In this document: positions 1 through 20,000 of the stretch, piece by piece
How positions within the stretch are numbered: position 1 is the first letter of the stretch
How the letters are laid out: each line of letters opens with the position of its first letter
Origin: Euglena gracilis
Lineage: Eukaryota
Reading direction: 5' to 3'
Length of the DNA: 20,000 nucleotides
NCBI GenBank assembly: GCA_039621445.1
Contig: CP154954.1
Span: 27,979,457-27,999,456, forward strand
Translations under genes and position numbers: made by a program
Notes under the pieces: model-generated
What the model saw: only the letters and a program-made list of their open reading frames with translations
Database searches by the model: none
Told to the model about the DNA's origin: nothing

Positions 1-35
1 AGCAACGTTGTCAGAAAACAATTTAATGTTGAAAT

Positions 36-240
36 CATTGTATGTTGTGAAAGCAGTTGTGCAACATTGGGAATGCAATTGTCGAATATTGTGAAGACAT
101 TGAGGAACGTGTGATAATATTGTGGAACCATGTGCAACATTGTGGAAGTGGAACTTGTGGGAGTTGTGACAGAATTGTGTGACGGTGTGAAAATATTGTG
201 GAGCCATGGGTAAACATTGTGGAACGTGGAACGTTGTGAT
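36..240. repeat. Degenerate low-complexity array of (AC)ATTGTGGA-like units
   Basis: Many TTGTG(G/A)A and AACATTG motifs in about 200 nt. Confidence 0.6.
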
Positions 241-291
241 TGCCCATTGCCAGTGAACCCGCCTCCCGGAAAGGAATCCCCATTTCCTCAG

Positions 292-18888
<18,597 letters not shown>

Positions 18889-19134
18889 ATACAATCAGAC
18901 AAAAGTTTGCAGAAGTTATAATTACGAGAGAAAAAAATGGGGCAATTTTTTGGGAAGTTTCAATTTTTGGGATTTTTTATTTTAGGAAATTTTTAATTGT
19001 GATTTTGTATCAAGTCTTTCAGTTATCAAGTCAGGCCATTTGTGACCTCAAAAGTTTTTCTCAGCTTGTCAAAAATTTTCATTGCAAAATGTAATGTGTG
19101 TGATTGTGTTTTTTTCCTTACCGTTAATCTGCAG

Positions 19135-19148
19135 GGTTCCCTTCATAA
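19135..19148 (+). CDS. Possible tiny terminal coding exon (G)FPS*
   Basis: T-rich tract followed by ttaatctgcag| gives phase-1 GG TTC CCT TCA TAA. This is speculative; further exons could lie in or beyond the N gap. Confidence 0.25.
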
Positions 19149-19322
19149 ATGATGGGCAGGCTCGTGTTTCGTATTTCCCTTTTCCGGCCTCCTCTGAAAT
19201 GCTGATTAGAGTGACATCAAAAGCATCATCCTAGCATTCCTACGTGAGGGGGACTCCAGCTATCCGTCTGAAAATGGTCCAAAATTAATGGATTTCCTCC
19301 ATTTTTAAAATTGTTGTCTGGC

Positions 19323-19994
19323 NNNNNNNNNNNNNNNNNNNNNNNNNNNNNNNNNNNNNNNNNNNNNNNNNNNNNNNNNNNNNNNNNNNNNNNNNNNNNN
19401 NNNNNNNNNNNNNNNNNNNNNNNNNNNNNNNNNNNNNNNNNNNNNNNNNNNNNNNNNNNNNNNNNNNNNNNNNNNNNNNNNNNNNNNNNNNNNNNNNNNN
19501 NNNNNNNNNNNNNNNNNNNNNNNNNNNNNNNNNNNNNNNNNNNNNNNNNNNNNNNNNNNNNNNNNNNNNNNNNNNNNNNNNNNNNNNNNNNNNNNNNNNN
19601 NNNNNNNNNNNNNNNNNNNNNNNNNNNNNNNNNNNNNNNNNNNNNNNNNNNNNNNNNNNNNNNNNNNNNNNNNNNNNNNNNNNNNNNNNNNNNNNNNNNN
19701 NNNNNNNNNNNNNNNNNNNNNNNNNNNNNNNNNNNNNNNNNNNNNNNNNNNNNNNNNNNNNNNNNNNNNNNNNNNNNNNNNNNNNNNNNNNNNNNNNNNN
19801 NNNNNNNNNNNNNNNNNNNNNNNNNNNNNNNNNNNNNNNNNNNNNNNNNNNNNNNNNNNNNNNNNNNNNNNNNNNNNNNNNNNNNNNNNNNNNNNNNNNN
19901 NNNNNNNNNNNNNNNNNNNNNNNNNNNNNNNNNNNNNNNNNNNNNNNNNNNNNNNNNNNNNNNNNNNNNNNNNNNNNNNNNNNNNNNNNNNNNN
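19323..19994. other. Assembly gap (672 N)
   Basis: Run of N. Confidence 1.
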
Positions 19995-20000
19995 CTCGTG

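Overview
Eukaryotic DNA, almost certainly euglenid (Euglena-like; inferred from intron structure). One large + strand gene spans the window. I could hand-splice 18 exons (292-18491, 1,935 nt, about 645 codons, no in-frame stop). They encode about 11 pentapeptide repeats followed by 14 WD40 repeats; the N-terminus lies upstream of the window. The layout resembles the C-terminal part of NACHT/STAND-pentapeptide-WD40 proteins. Each WD40 repeat is a symmetric phase-1 exon unit, mostly 126 nt. Two repeats are split internally by introns without GT-AG ends (4300-4618 and 7923-10623). Both have complementary CAG...CTG terminal stems, the signature of euglenid nonconventional introns. One further intron is GC-AG. 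The introns are packed with non-autonomous, partly nested TIR elements (MITE-like), several also ending CAG...CTG, which suggests a transposon-to-intron link. A (GT)n microsatellite starts exactly at the last donor, and a 672-nt N gap sits at the end. The long ORFs in the supplied track are artefacts of exon read-through or repeats.
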